Assembly: GCA_013115125.1 (NCBI GenBank)
Contig: JABANN010000331.1
Coordinates: 1-38,517 of the forward strand
Direction: 5' to 3'
DNA from: Perkinsus olseni
Taxonomy: Eukaryota
Length of the DNA: 38,517 bases
In this document: piece by piece, positions 26,501 to 37,055 of the stretch
How positions within the stretch are numbered: position 1 is the first letter of the stretch
How the letters are laid out: each line of letters opens with the position of its first letter
The notes under the pieces: generated by a model
Told to the model about the DNA's origin: nothing
The model's database searches: none
The model's input: only the letters and a program-made list of their open reading frames with translations
Program-made: the position numbers and the translations under genes

Positions 26501-29254
26501 CGCCAAGCCCATCATGATACACAGGAAAGTATCTCAGAGCCTTCCCGCCGCAGCAAGCCACCGCCACTTGACACTTCTGGTCGCTGACCGCGCGCACCAA
26601 AATTAATACCATACGCCCAGGGAATCCCGCGGGAATCATCACAATCTGCCCGACCGCCAACTGTCGGACCTTCGCGGTGACGGAGATGACGAGTTCCAAG
26701 ACAGACTGGTAGGCGCCACGGCGAACCTGAAAAAAACTACTGATGGGTCGAAGGCACCCACGAGGGAGACTACGCTAGTATGATCCGCAAAGACCCGCGA
26801 TTGCCGTTCGAAAACAGCGCCAAAAATTTGAGTCAATTTATGACGGGTCTCTGCTAGGACGATGCCTCCTCAGCTAAGCTTCTACCCGTTAGCGAAGATT
26901 TGGTATGAGCGCGTCGCACGTCAGGACAGCCGATAAGCTCCTCGCAGCATGGATGGCTCTGTTCAGTGTTTGCTACAGCAAGGGCCGCAAGAGAGACTCC
27001 AACGACTATGATAATCCTTAAGTGCTATAAATTCGGCGAAGTTTGCGCGGTCAAGTCCAAAACTCAAGCTCACCTCTGGCGATGCTTTCTTGGGTACTGG
27101 TCGAGGTAGAGTTCGACACACGGAGCACGCGGCCGCGAAGACATTTTTGACTGACTGAGGAACACCGGTGATCCGACCAAGAACCTGAACGAGGAACGCT
27201 TCATCAGACTGGGCCAAGTATTCCGTTGTGGTGTTGTTTTTTTCCGAACGTTTTAGAAACACGCGAACCAAAGCATTCGCCAGTGATACAATGCCATGCT
27301 ATATGCTGCTAAAATAGTGTGAGTTACAGTCGGTGATTCAATATCCAGTACCATTGTGTGGAACTTATCCCATCAGGTATCCACTCGGTCGCCCTATTAT
27401 TAGCTCAGCTGTCTTTGAGTACGATAGAGACCCAAGAGCAAGAGGATATCAAGGAACCCAGATAAAATCTCGCGAGCTTTCTCCAAGCCCACAGAGGCAG
27501 ACCTCCCGAGACGCTTTACACGCATTCCAACTGAAGATGAACTGTAGTAGCGACGACCACAGTGCAACAGCACGATCTCAATAATCAGTTGAGGACAACC
27601 CAACGCCTCCCCCCTACTTTCCCTCGGGCGACTCACCATCGAGAATATTCCCAACGTCCCCTGCATACCCTCCACTGTCCCAGTCTCTGCCGACTCAGAG
27701 AGCTCATCCATAAGAACCTCTCTCGGCTGTGCGGCACCAACCTGATAAACTCAAGTTGCACGATGGCAAGCAGCCGAGGTTCTGAAACTTGCAACCCGCA
27801 GTAGGCTACAAGTAGCTTGCTGGTCTGAAGCTAAAGTAGTTCGAAGGTTGCCGATGAAAACTGCAATGTTGCGCTGCAATATCCGAAGTAGGTTTCTCTC
27901 AACAACGCCAGAACGCACGGCCTAATTTCCAAATTTTGGATGACTCATCCAGAATAAAAATCATGAGAAGATTTCGGTTGTAACACCCTGACGGCCGAAA
28001 TCTTCGGAATCTTCATCCCGCGCTCCAAAAGCAGTGCCTCTGACGATTCCGTCACGAAGCCTGATTCCAATGCACTTAGTCGTTCAGGCCCAAGCTCAGG
28101 AGCTGGCCACTAGCAGCAGGAGCACGGCTCACCCATGACCCTGGGCCGTCCAAAAATGAAAGATGACCTCGCCCCTTCCCCAATACTACCACATCCTCCG
28201 GCAAGCAGCCATCCATGCCATATTCCGAAGCCGCTGAGTGAATCAAACGGTTCTGAGCCCAAGTGCCAACTGACGCACACCGCCAAAGCCCGAGCCACTC
28301 ACCTCAGCTTTATGAGTCAACTTCCTCTTGGACTTCTCTGCTGCTGACGTGGCACGATCGACCAACTCCTTCGCGCTCCTTTTCGGCGTCGACGCTCCTG
28401 CCGGCAGACACAGTTTGATACCAGATTTTCGGATTGTAAAATTTTTCGATGACTTCCCACACGGTGATATATCGTGAACCGAGCCTACAAAAAAGGCGTG
28501 AAGAACATATAGATGATTAATGATGCTGGGAGCTTTAAAATCCGAAAATTTTCGGCCCTCCCCGATGATGATACCAGAAATTTCCGAGGAATTTTCCAAT
28601 AAATTTTTTACATGCAATAAATGGTCACAATTAATCATTCAAGTATGAATAACGCTAGATCAGAGTATCAGCCTCGTTTTACCCGAAACTGGAGGTTGCA
28701 GTGAAACTGGCCTTCGATCGAAATGAGGCAATCAATGATACTGAGCGAGCCAAAATCCGAAAATCTTTTGGTTTTCTCATTTTAATGACCTTGAGGTTAG
28801 TCTGGGACGGAACTTCCATCGGAGCTCCCGTCTAGCTGCTCAGCAGTCTAGAAGCCAATTGCCCCCAATAAAGATTTTCACAGAGAAGCAACTTCAATTT
28901 GGACAGGAGAGTATTTTCTGACCAGGCGAACCTCAGATTCCATCAGATCTCATCACATCAGACCCTCGACATTCTAAGGATGATCATGTGGTGTCGACAT
29001 GAGCATACCACAATCTCACCAGAAAACTCAAAACCCCTACCGATGATTTGATGAACAGACAACCACATAAACTCCACCAACTCCCGTTCACCCTTACTAC
29101 CACCATTCTCATCATCACTCGACGACGCCAGAGGTATCGATGCGTCACAGAGCAGATCGGTGAGCACTGCGTCCATGAAGGGGCTATGTGCTAGGGACTC
29201 AGCAGCTGACGGGGTCGAAGCGTCTGCAGTAACATTTTCGGGGAGGTCCATCAT
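11573..29254 (-). CDS. Giant (~4000 aa) DUF3638/DUF3645-type P-loop NTPase protein with C-terminal Vps62/DUF946-like segment, about 22 exons
   Basis: Phase-consistent hand-spliced exons (approximate): 29254-29092, 28397-28303, 27741-27637, 27184-27073, 26726-26177, 25835-25801, 25737-25578, 25047-24894, 24551-17761, 17713-17576, 17028-16932, 16884-16774, 16729-16609, 16271-16116, 15759-15593, 15407-15326, 14894-14817, 14688-14563, 14354-14207, 14160-14071, 14022-13957, 13612-11573. Motifs: HQMIMGAGKTTV (Walker A), ILMDEVD (Walker B), AVPYVGKDRPSATSEFSHPDV, RLGFSGTPNDLLP, ALIDCGALITG, FTFYDHIHTTGMDI, TLGKDTTFRDYAQSAFRLRG, an EQEQEQ tract, and VWRPMPPSDEFVAVGVV...VRCLP. The first few exons are the least certain. 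Confidence 0.85.
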
Positions 29255-30434
29255 AGGAATACTACAGAACTGATCAGCAACCGATCATCCGGCAGGCCCG
29301 GTGGGCGAATGGAAGCTCTAGTTCCAACCAGCGATCATGGACAGCAACGAGCTCACCTCATCATTCCTTGACAAGAGACCCTCAGCGATATTTTCCCACA
29401 AATAATATTGACTTGTAGGCATCACTGTAACCCACTGGGGCCAGCCCAGTGCACTGAGTCAGACGCTAAGATCTGTCAGATCGTCATAATCTATGGCGGT
29501 CTGATAGTTCTTAGCATTCACGAGTCATTTCGTTTACGACTCATAAAGGAAATGACTCGTAAATGGAGAACAGACAGTCGATTCACTGTGGCCTGTGAAG
29601 CATATATTCACCGTGGCCCCTTAGGGGTGGTTGATTCAGGGACCACTAAGCTTAAGTAACCACCCCAGAGGGAATCAGTTCGACCCATGTTCGAATCCCC
29701 ACAGAAAATACAGTCTACTTCAACTTAATCAGCCATTGTTAGTCTCCGAGTTGCCGAGCTACAAGCGATGTTGCTCAATCGCTGATCTGGCTTTTTGGTA
29801 CGATGGACGAGCAGCCGACTGATAGCCCGGTGCCGAAAACCTACCGTGGTTCGATCCGCGGAGGCATCACTTCGGGCTACGGCCCGTAGCCTAGCCTACG
29901 GGCCACTTCGCCGGAGTTCAGGCAGGTTCAGAGCTCTCTAACGCGTTCGCCCAAGAGGTGGATATTTTAGTCGGACTGAATTAGCCCCTCCCACTTATCG
30001 ACTGTTTCACACACTTAAAAGTCACTGGCCGGACAAGTGGGACAGTGGGGCAGGTCTTGTCCCAGAGTGCCCGAAACCTATCCCTAAAGTGAAAGGCCAC
30101 TTCAGGCTCAGTGCGCAATTAAGTGGCCACTCACTTGAAAAGCCCTCAAGTTGTGGAGCTCTTTGATAAACGGCGACCTAAGGGAGGTCTCGTGAAACCC
30201 AGTATCCTTCAAAGGCTTTGAATTAAAGCGGCCCGTAAGCCGTTACTTGGCCTTTGTGGCTGCCATCAGGGAACTCTTCAGATTGACAGCGCTGAGCATA
30301 AGAAACGGATGGCCCGGAAGTTTCAGACTGGCTGAAACCATCCATCAGCCATGACGCAACGCCGGGGCACTCAGTGGGCAGTAATAATAGTATCAAACAA
30401 TTACATCCGATATTGTGGGTCTGTTTGTTAGCGT

Positions 30435-30456
30435 ACACAGAGTCTGTGTCACAGAC
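30435..30456. other. Exact 7-8-7 scar (8-mer ACACAGAC)
   Basis: acacaga|gtctgtgt|cacagac. Confidence 0.75.
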
Positions 30457-30626
30457 AGAAGAGGAGGAGCTAGGATACAGTATCCTAGCTCTTCAGTATC
30501 CTGCAAGTATCCTGGATATTTTCAACACCTTTTGCTGTGTTGAACATGGCGGAGAACCCTTCCTCCCAGGGACAGGGTGGGTAGCTGTCTCCCACTATCT
30601 TTGTGTACAGAGAGCTACTCGTTCGG

Positions 30627-30887
30627 TGGGGGGGGGGGGGGGGGCCCGCCCCCCCCCCCCCGCCCCCCCCACGGGGGGGGGGGGGTGGGGGCGGTGGTAA
30701 GAGGTATTATAAAATGTTGAGGAGAAGGATGGATGGGCGCGCCACCGGGAGAGNNNNNNNNNNTGTTTTCTCCCGGGCCCCCCCCCCCCCCCCCGGGGGG
30801 GGGGGGGCCCCCCCCCCCCCCCCCTTTTTTTCCCCCCCCCCCCCCCGGGGGGGGGGGGGGCCCCCCCCCCCCCACCCCCCCCCCCCC
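30627..30887. other. Poly-G/poly-C low-complexity sequence flanking a 10-N scaffold gap (30754-30763); probable low-quality sequence
   Basis: Long G and C homopolymer runs on both sides of the N run. Confidence 0.8.
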
Positions 30888-32209
30888 AACCGAGCCCAGA
30901 ATCTGGAGTATGGTTACCAGATGCTATCTGGCTTTATCCGGCAGATAGAGCCATCGTCTACCGTAAACCACCAGCCCCTACCTTAGTGGAGGCCTTGCTA
31001 TCGTACAAAGATTTCTGGTAGCACGTCGTGCTCGTTAGCTACAGTACCCGAGTAGCATTCCCAACTTCCCCGTCGAATATTGAGTCCAGCAGTTTTGAGT
31101 TCACGCGATTGCGTAGCAAGACAGCAGCAGCTGGCGACGGAAGAGTTTTCGAAAAGCTTGTTTGAGCTTCACAAAGATATGACTTGGATGCATTCGACTT
31201 ACGAAAATATGTTACGGGTTCAACCCAGCCATTGTCATTTCAGCTGCAGTGCGACTATTACGTAAAGATGGAGTATAGATGTATTATCCATGATCTCACT
31301 ATGGAGCCGTGATGAAATATCTACTGTATCACGCTGAAGAAAACTACAAACTTGCTGATGGGCATGATCTCTTGAAGATAGACGAACGGCAGCGATGCAC
31401 CAACGACCGCAGGACGTACGTCTGCGTGCAAGTCGACACGGACAGGAACTAGGACGCATCCATTGGAAGGCAACATCTTATGTTGTGGCACACCAGTTGT
31501 GCTGAACAGATACATATCGACCTGTATATGGTACCCAGTCGAACGAGTCGACCCACAGCTTGCTGTCCACAGATCGAAATTGCGTCAAGAGCTGTCGATA
31601 GTCACTCTACGCGACTCGCACGTTTACTATTCTCCCTCGTGTCACGCGCGGTGTCGGGTGACGTGACGACGTATGGTCATAGTGTTGTGGTTTCCAGCCA
31701 TACTGAAAGCAAGGGGCAACTTTCTCTAGTAGCTTACAGACGTGCCGGACAACCGATAGGGGAAGGGCGCAATCACTATTCCAAGTCCCTGGACTCAAGG
31801 GCGGGCGCTCCGGGAGCGAAGGGCTCTCTACTAGCATAATCCCTAACACGTAAACAGCTCGCGGGAGACGAGAGTCAATCAGAGTTACCGGCTCTCCCCC
31901 CGGCCGTCACAGCGAGACGCATACCGGCAAAGGGGTGACACCATGCCCAGAATGTTCCTAGCCGATCCGACTGGGCTATCGACCATCGTTGGTCGTCCGT
32001 GATCCAGGAACGGCATGATCAAGCCGGACATGCAGAATACAACGTATCCAACACGTCACCGTGACTGTGTCCCTCTTGTCTCCTCGTGCTTCGTCCCTCG
32101 TTGTCTCCTCGACATCTGCTGAGATGCCCCTCTGAGTGTGACCCTTATCATCATTCGTATTTCCCAAGTTGTAGTTGCCGACCTCCGAGGTTCTATTCTG
32201 AGTTGATCC

Positions 32210-32626
32210 ATGGTCTTCCCAAGAAAAGTCATCTGCGGCATCTTTCTCATGGTTCCGGTATTCAGTGGTTCTACTCCTCCATCCGGGCCCTATCATAAGG
32301 TGATCCGCGACGTCCCTGCTGTCTGCGCGCAAGCCTCCTTCAGCGATGGCCCGCTTGATAGCGTTGTATTGAGTGTGACGTGTGGTTCGGGCAAGGGCCA
32401 GAGCAGAAGTCTGACTGTCAATGAAGTGGAACCCTGGGTTTTCAAGCTCGATAATACTAGCCAGCACGACCACATCCTCTTCATCGATTTTCAGAATCTC
32501 TTCTGTCAGGGAAAGGTTGCCCTGCTGGATGATGATCTGTCTGAGTTCCAGTACGATGGCTGCACTCAGACGATGAAGACTGCCTTTGAAGGGGTCGAAT
32601 ACAATCTACAACCTGGAACCTGCTAG
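32210..32626 (+). CDS. Small secreted 4-Cys protein, paralog A (138 aa, intronless)
   Basis: Hydrophobic N-terminus, PPSGPY motif, Cys at positions shared with 33297-33736 and 36066-36482, C-terminus GVEYNLQPGTC. Confidence 0.8.
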   Translation: MVFPRKVICGIFLMVPVFSGSTPPSGPYHKVIRDVPAVCAQASFSDGPLDSVVLSVTCGSGKGQSRSLTVNEVEPWVFKLDNTSQHDHILFIDFQNLFCQGKVALLDDDLSEFQYDGCTQTMKTAFEGVEYNLQPGTC

Positions 32627-33058
32627 TGGAGCATGGTGTCCAGTCCCCGATACAATTCCCTGATACATCAGGGGAAGTCTCACGGGGAACCCTCAACCTA
32701 TTTGACACTAGTAAGCCGCTACTCAGCAGCGACTCCTTCGACCATATCAGCTCCCACATTATGCCATCATTGTTAGCGCCTAAGCTCCTTTCACAAGATA
32801 CTTTTTCTGGCAAGAAGCTCCTGCCTGGTCTCTCTTTGCGTGCGTGCACATTCTCAAATTGAGAATCTCAATCGAGGTGTTTAATCTGTTGTTGTGCGAC
32901 CTGCAGCAGCATCGTACCGCCTCTCGAGGTCTCCGTGCTGGGGCGGCTCAGCCATACTCGAGGTCAGCCGTAATAGATTTGCTAAGTATACCCCTACTCC
33001 GGCACGGTGCAAGGCACTCGCGAGTCAGTTTTTAGTTCTTTTTCGACTCGAGCACATA

Positions 33059-33080
33059 CTATGAGGCTCATAGTATGAGC
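33059..33080. other. Exact 7-8-7 scar (8-mer CTATGAGC)
   Basis: ctatgag|gctcatag|tatgagc. Confidence 0.75.
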
Positions 33081-33296
33081 CTTATGGGGTAAGCGAAGTC
33101 ATATGGCTATGTTTATGGCGTATCATTAGATATTATCACCCTTATCGACTCAACCCAAGTATTTGTTTAATTACACTCATTCACAGGGGAGCATGATTTT
33201 TGTTGTGACGATTTGGCCCGGGATAGTTAGTCTGAGAAGCTCGACATTATACTTGGGGTGATCTCGTCTAGGATCCATTATTTCTGATTTCAACTA

Positions 33297-33736
33297 ATGA
33301 TCTGCCTGAAGACCATCTGCAGTATCTCTCTCATGACTCCCGGAGTCAGACTCCGATATTCGGTCGTCCCTATCCTCCTGCCGGGTCCTACCACAAAGTG
33401 ATCGCTCAGCAGCCCATTGTTATCTGTGCGCAAATTAATTGGACCAATGACCCGGATATGGGCATCGAAGTTGCTGCTTTGTGCGGTTTAGGGATGTCCA
33501 CATCCGACGACCTGTATCTTGATGAACTGCCGCTTCTCGCTTACAAAGTTGATCCGGTCAGTGAGTACAAGCACACTGATTTCATTCGTACTATTAACTC
33601 CTTCTGCAATGGTACGGTGGCCTTGCTGAGTGACGACATGTTCAAGTTTGAGTACCACATCTCTGAGCAGACGATTGAGACCAAGTTCAGGCCTCAAGGA
33701 GTAGAGTACAATTTAACATTCGGCCTCTGCTTTTGA
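33297..33736 (+). pseudogene. Small secreted 4-Cys protein, paralog B, frameshifted by a 14-bp insertion in the signal-peptide region
   Basis: ATG at 33297 gives MICLKTICSISLMT, which aligns with paralog A. Deleting 33341-33354 restores the frame to ...PIFGRPYPPAGSYHKVIAQQ...QGVEYNLTFGLCF. The insertion forms the scar tgactcc|cggagtca|gactccg at 33334-33355. Confidence 0.85.
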
Positions 33737-34373
33737 CGCCTGGGACTCGGGCCCTCATCTGATGGGAGACCACTCGCGCCGCCCCGCATGAGCAATTTTC
33801 AATCCCTCAGGCTCTCTGATTTTCATAGTGGATAATCGTACAACATGTAAGACATTCACCAGTTAATGACCGGGCTGAGGACCGAGAGTGGTATCCTTAG
33901 TGTAGTCTCGCGAGGTTGCGCTGGATTATCTTATACTTGGTTTAGAGCACACTCGTGGGTATACATGAGTATTTCATTGGAGTGTTGGGAGGTCGTATGA
34001 TACGACTCGTGTCCCTTCTTTATATTTTCTCGCCTTTCTTCAGTTGGTGACACAGCCGAGTATAGTTGATTCACTAAACGCATTTCATACCACCTCAGCA
34101 ATACGTCCGGTTCGAGTTGTCGAGTCGTACAGTTCGAGTTCCACTAATATAGTGGCACTCTGTCATAGTGAATCTAATCCCTATCACTGCTGACAAACGA
34201 GGATCCTTGTAACTGGTGCGAGCTGCGCCCAACCATTTCTCGGCAACCAACACTGAGGAACGAGTGCTTCAGTTTTATGATAAAACTTCTATCAGATAAG
34301 ACTGAACGAGTCAATAAGGTGGGTTGACAAGGTCACCACTGCCAGCCCCCCTAGCTGGGGCTCGGCGTCAACA

Positions 34374-34395
34374 GCGCTCTTAGAGCGCCGCTCTA
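34374..34395. other. Exact 7-8-7 scar (8-mer GCGCTCTA)
   Basis: gcgctct|tagagcgc|cgctcta. Confidence 0.75.
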
Positions 34396-34668
34396 CATGC
34401 GTCCTTGTGATTCTTAACAACGACAGCTATGGAATCTTTCTATAGCTGTATGTTCAGCCAGGAATGAGACCTTTCAGATATCTCATCGGGCACTGCGCAT
34501 CTTGCGCACTCGCCGTGTGTGTTTACCAGCCCAGCGGCCCCAGCCCATTGCCGCTATTTGCTGGCTCCCCGAGATTCGAGTACGGCCGAGATGTTCAATC
34601 GTGAAGGTCGACCTGTCTGCTTTTGGCATCAGCCGAACCTTCCATGATGGCCCTTTGAGTCAAAGGGC

Positions 34669-34690
34669 CTCTCTCGGAGAGAGTCTCTCC
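34669..34690. other. Exact 7-8-7 scar (8-mer CTCTCTCC)
   Basis: ctctctc|ggagagag|tctctcc. Confidence 0.65.
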
Positions 34691-35263
34691 ACATCTCGGG
34701 ATCCGTTTCGGACCTGAGCGACTCAGGCTGAGTCTGACCTAGGTTCCCCAAGGCGACCACGCGCCACTGAATTCAAGCCGCCAAGGCTGGTTTGGTCGGG
34801 GGCCCCGACTCGGAGCGATGGTGCTGTACCAGCACCTGTAAATGGATGAAGCGAGTTGTTCTTTTTACGTAACGCGCCACTTGTCCGAAGAGGCAACACT
34901 GGCAGAACGAGGATTCAACCTGAACAGCGATAGTATTCTCGTTCGGTATTATTATAATACAGTCAATCGACCAACCGTTTCATCCAAGATCGTGATAGCA
35001 GGCGATCAGGAGACCTTTCTCGGGATGTTGGGCACACCACCGATCACAGCCGCGCCGTACCTGTACGATGATGGTCATACGCTAGCCAGTAGTACTAGCC
35101 CAGTACGCGTGCAGGCTGCAGTTGTGTGATTCGCGCCTAGCGTTTCACGTGCAATGTGTGTAAAATGACGCGTAGTGTAGTGCGTGATGCGTGTTACGCT
35201 AGCGTAACACGCTTGCGTCACGCAACAGGGGTGCATCTCCAGTGCGTCCGACAATGTCGGGCC

Positions 35264-35285
35264 GACATCGTCGATGTCACATCGA
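35264..35285. other. Exact 7-8-7 scar (8-mer GACATCGA)
   Basis: gacatcg|tcgatgtc|acatcga. Confidence 0.75.
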
Positions 35286-36065
35286 CTCAGGGTCTGGCCC
35301 GGGCGACCGGACGCCCCGCCGGTGACCATCATTTGTACTATTGTGACGACTATTCACCCTGCTTCATTCGTTGCAGGCTAACTACCTTTATGTACCGGAT
35401 ACTATCTGGTATGATCCTGCGCCCTGCACTCGCGTGTACGACTATGCGCGCTAGGTTGCGTCACTGATCACGCTGCTCCCAGTCTTAAAGCCGCGGCCTA
35501 CCTCTCATCGATATCAAGGCGAAGTAGGTCGTCAAACAGTGTAGCAGATCAGGTTCGTGACTACTGCATTATGTAGAGTGAAAGCCATCACCGCGGCTTA
35601 CTAACTACCTGTAGCTCGTATCATTACGCGGCTCGCACTCACGTGCATGAGAACGTGTTATAGATTACGCTGTAGATCGCCTTCTCGCTCTTAATCCATT
35701 CGAGTTCAGATTTCGGGTTTCTTCGAGCCCCGTCTCAAATATAGACACTGTACTGCATTATTGTGCTCTGCTGTTCTTCCTATAGCATACTACATCTGGT
35801 ACTGTAAACCACTGCAAGAGTTGCCTTCACGTTATCTGTTCTACTCACTCAATGCGTACGTGCTTTCGTGCGTGGCCCCGATGACGCAATAGATCTCGCT
35901 GTAGATTAATTATCCAGGATGACCCTTCACGTCATAGCTCCGCTGGGGTTGGATGCCCCCTCAACCCGAAGCGCAGAGCCACTCAGCCTGAGTTTGATCA
36001 TGACCTTCACCCAAATCTATCTATGCCCTCATCAGCCTTGTTGCGAATACTGCTCCGTTCAAATA

Positions 36066-36482
36066 ATGTTCATCAAGAACACAGTCAGCTACATCGCCGC
36101 CGCTCTGTTGACGGCGCTGGCTCGCCCCGGCCCTCCGACTGGGATCTATTATGCTAACATCAATCCGCAGGGTACAGTCTGTGTTGAAGTCACTTGGGTC
36201 CCTGACCCTGACAAGGATGTGAGGCTTGAAGTGAGGTGTGGTGCACGCTCGAAGGTGAGCAGGGATCTGACGGTTGATGAAGGGCCGCCGTTCGTCTATA
36301 AGATTGACACTCATAGCGAACCTGTCCACAGTTCCTTCCGCCAAGCGGCGAATGCCGTTTGTCTTGAGTTGGCGACCATGCAGGCGCATGATCTCTACAA
36401 GTTCGTTTACAACAGGGATAGCAATACCATAGTAACTGCGTTTCAAGCGCAGGGAGTCGAGCTGAGACCTGGGCACTGCTGA
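36066..36482 (+). CDS. Small secreted 4-Cys protein, paralog C (138 aa, intronless)
   Basis: ATG at 36066 gives MFIKNTVSYIAAALLTALARPGPPTGIYY...QGVELRPGHC. Same length and Cys spacing as paralog A. The longer ORF start at 35919 has no counterpart in the paralogs. Confidence 0.8.
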   Translation: MFIKNTVSYIAAALLTALARPGPPTGIYYANINPQGTVCVEVTWVPDPDKDVRLEVRCGARSKVSRDLTVDEGPPFVYKIDTHSEPVHSSFRQAANAVCLELATMQAHDLYKFVYNRDSNTIVTAFQAQGVELRPGHC

Positions 36483-36613
36483 TGTTGGGCCTATGTACCG
36501 TGGAGAGTCAGCTCACCTTGCTTTCTCTGGATGATGGAGTTATTGGCTTTTGGAGATAGTTATTCTAGTCGGTCTTTCACAGTTCGGTATCTCTTGTATG
36601 AGCCCATACATGC

Positions 36614-36653
36614 TTCTCGGGCCGAGAATCTCGGCTCAGCGAGCCGGGCTCGC
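36614..36653. other. Two overlapping 7-8-7 scars (TTCTCGGC exact; CGGCTCGC with 1 mismatch)
   Basis: ttctcgg|gccgagaa|tctcggc at 36614-36635 and cggctca|gcgagccg|ggctcgc at 36632-36653. Confidence 0.75.
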
Positions 36654-37055
36654 TCAAGATCTCTATGCTTGCAGGGCTGCCGTGCAAGAATCTGCGTCGT
36701 ATCAGTGTCATATCACATTCAACAATATTGAGGAAGTCTTTTGCTCCCACCCAGCACCTTGCGGTTGCGTTACATGTCCCGGGCCATCGCCGATCCTCTC
36801 AACTTCAGAGTCCTAAGAGCCGGCACATCCATCACCCGTCCCGTTCTCCACAGCCGATTCGGCTGAGCCAAATGCCACTTTGAAGTTTTTATTGCGCGAG
36901 TCACTCCGCCGTGACTCTCCGCGTCAGTTTATGCGCACCCTGGTTCCCAGCGAGAAATTTTATCTGCATTTTACTTCAGAAGTTTTTCAGACTCAGCTGC
37001 TTTCAGCATGTATCAACCTCTGGCAAAACTCAATGATTGATGAACTACTCCAACG

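Noticed and set aside
29680-29870. tRNA genes suggested by gttcgaatcccc and ggttcgatcc
   Set aside because: No acceptor stem or cloverleaf could be built.
30603-30986. Gly/Pro-rich ORFs and apparent G-quadruplex-forming sequence
   Set aside because: They consist of homopolymer runs around an N gap and are most likely low-quality sequence.
31976-32473. 165-aa minus-strand ORF, and similar antisense ORFs over the giant gene and 36021-36476
   Set aside because: They are shadow ORFs opposite better-supported coding sequence.
34842-35129. 95-aa ORF as a gene
   Set aside because: No recognisable motif, paralog or splice context. It could be a fragment but is unsupported.
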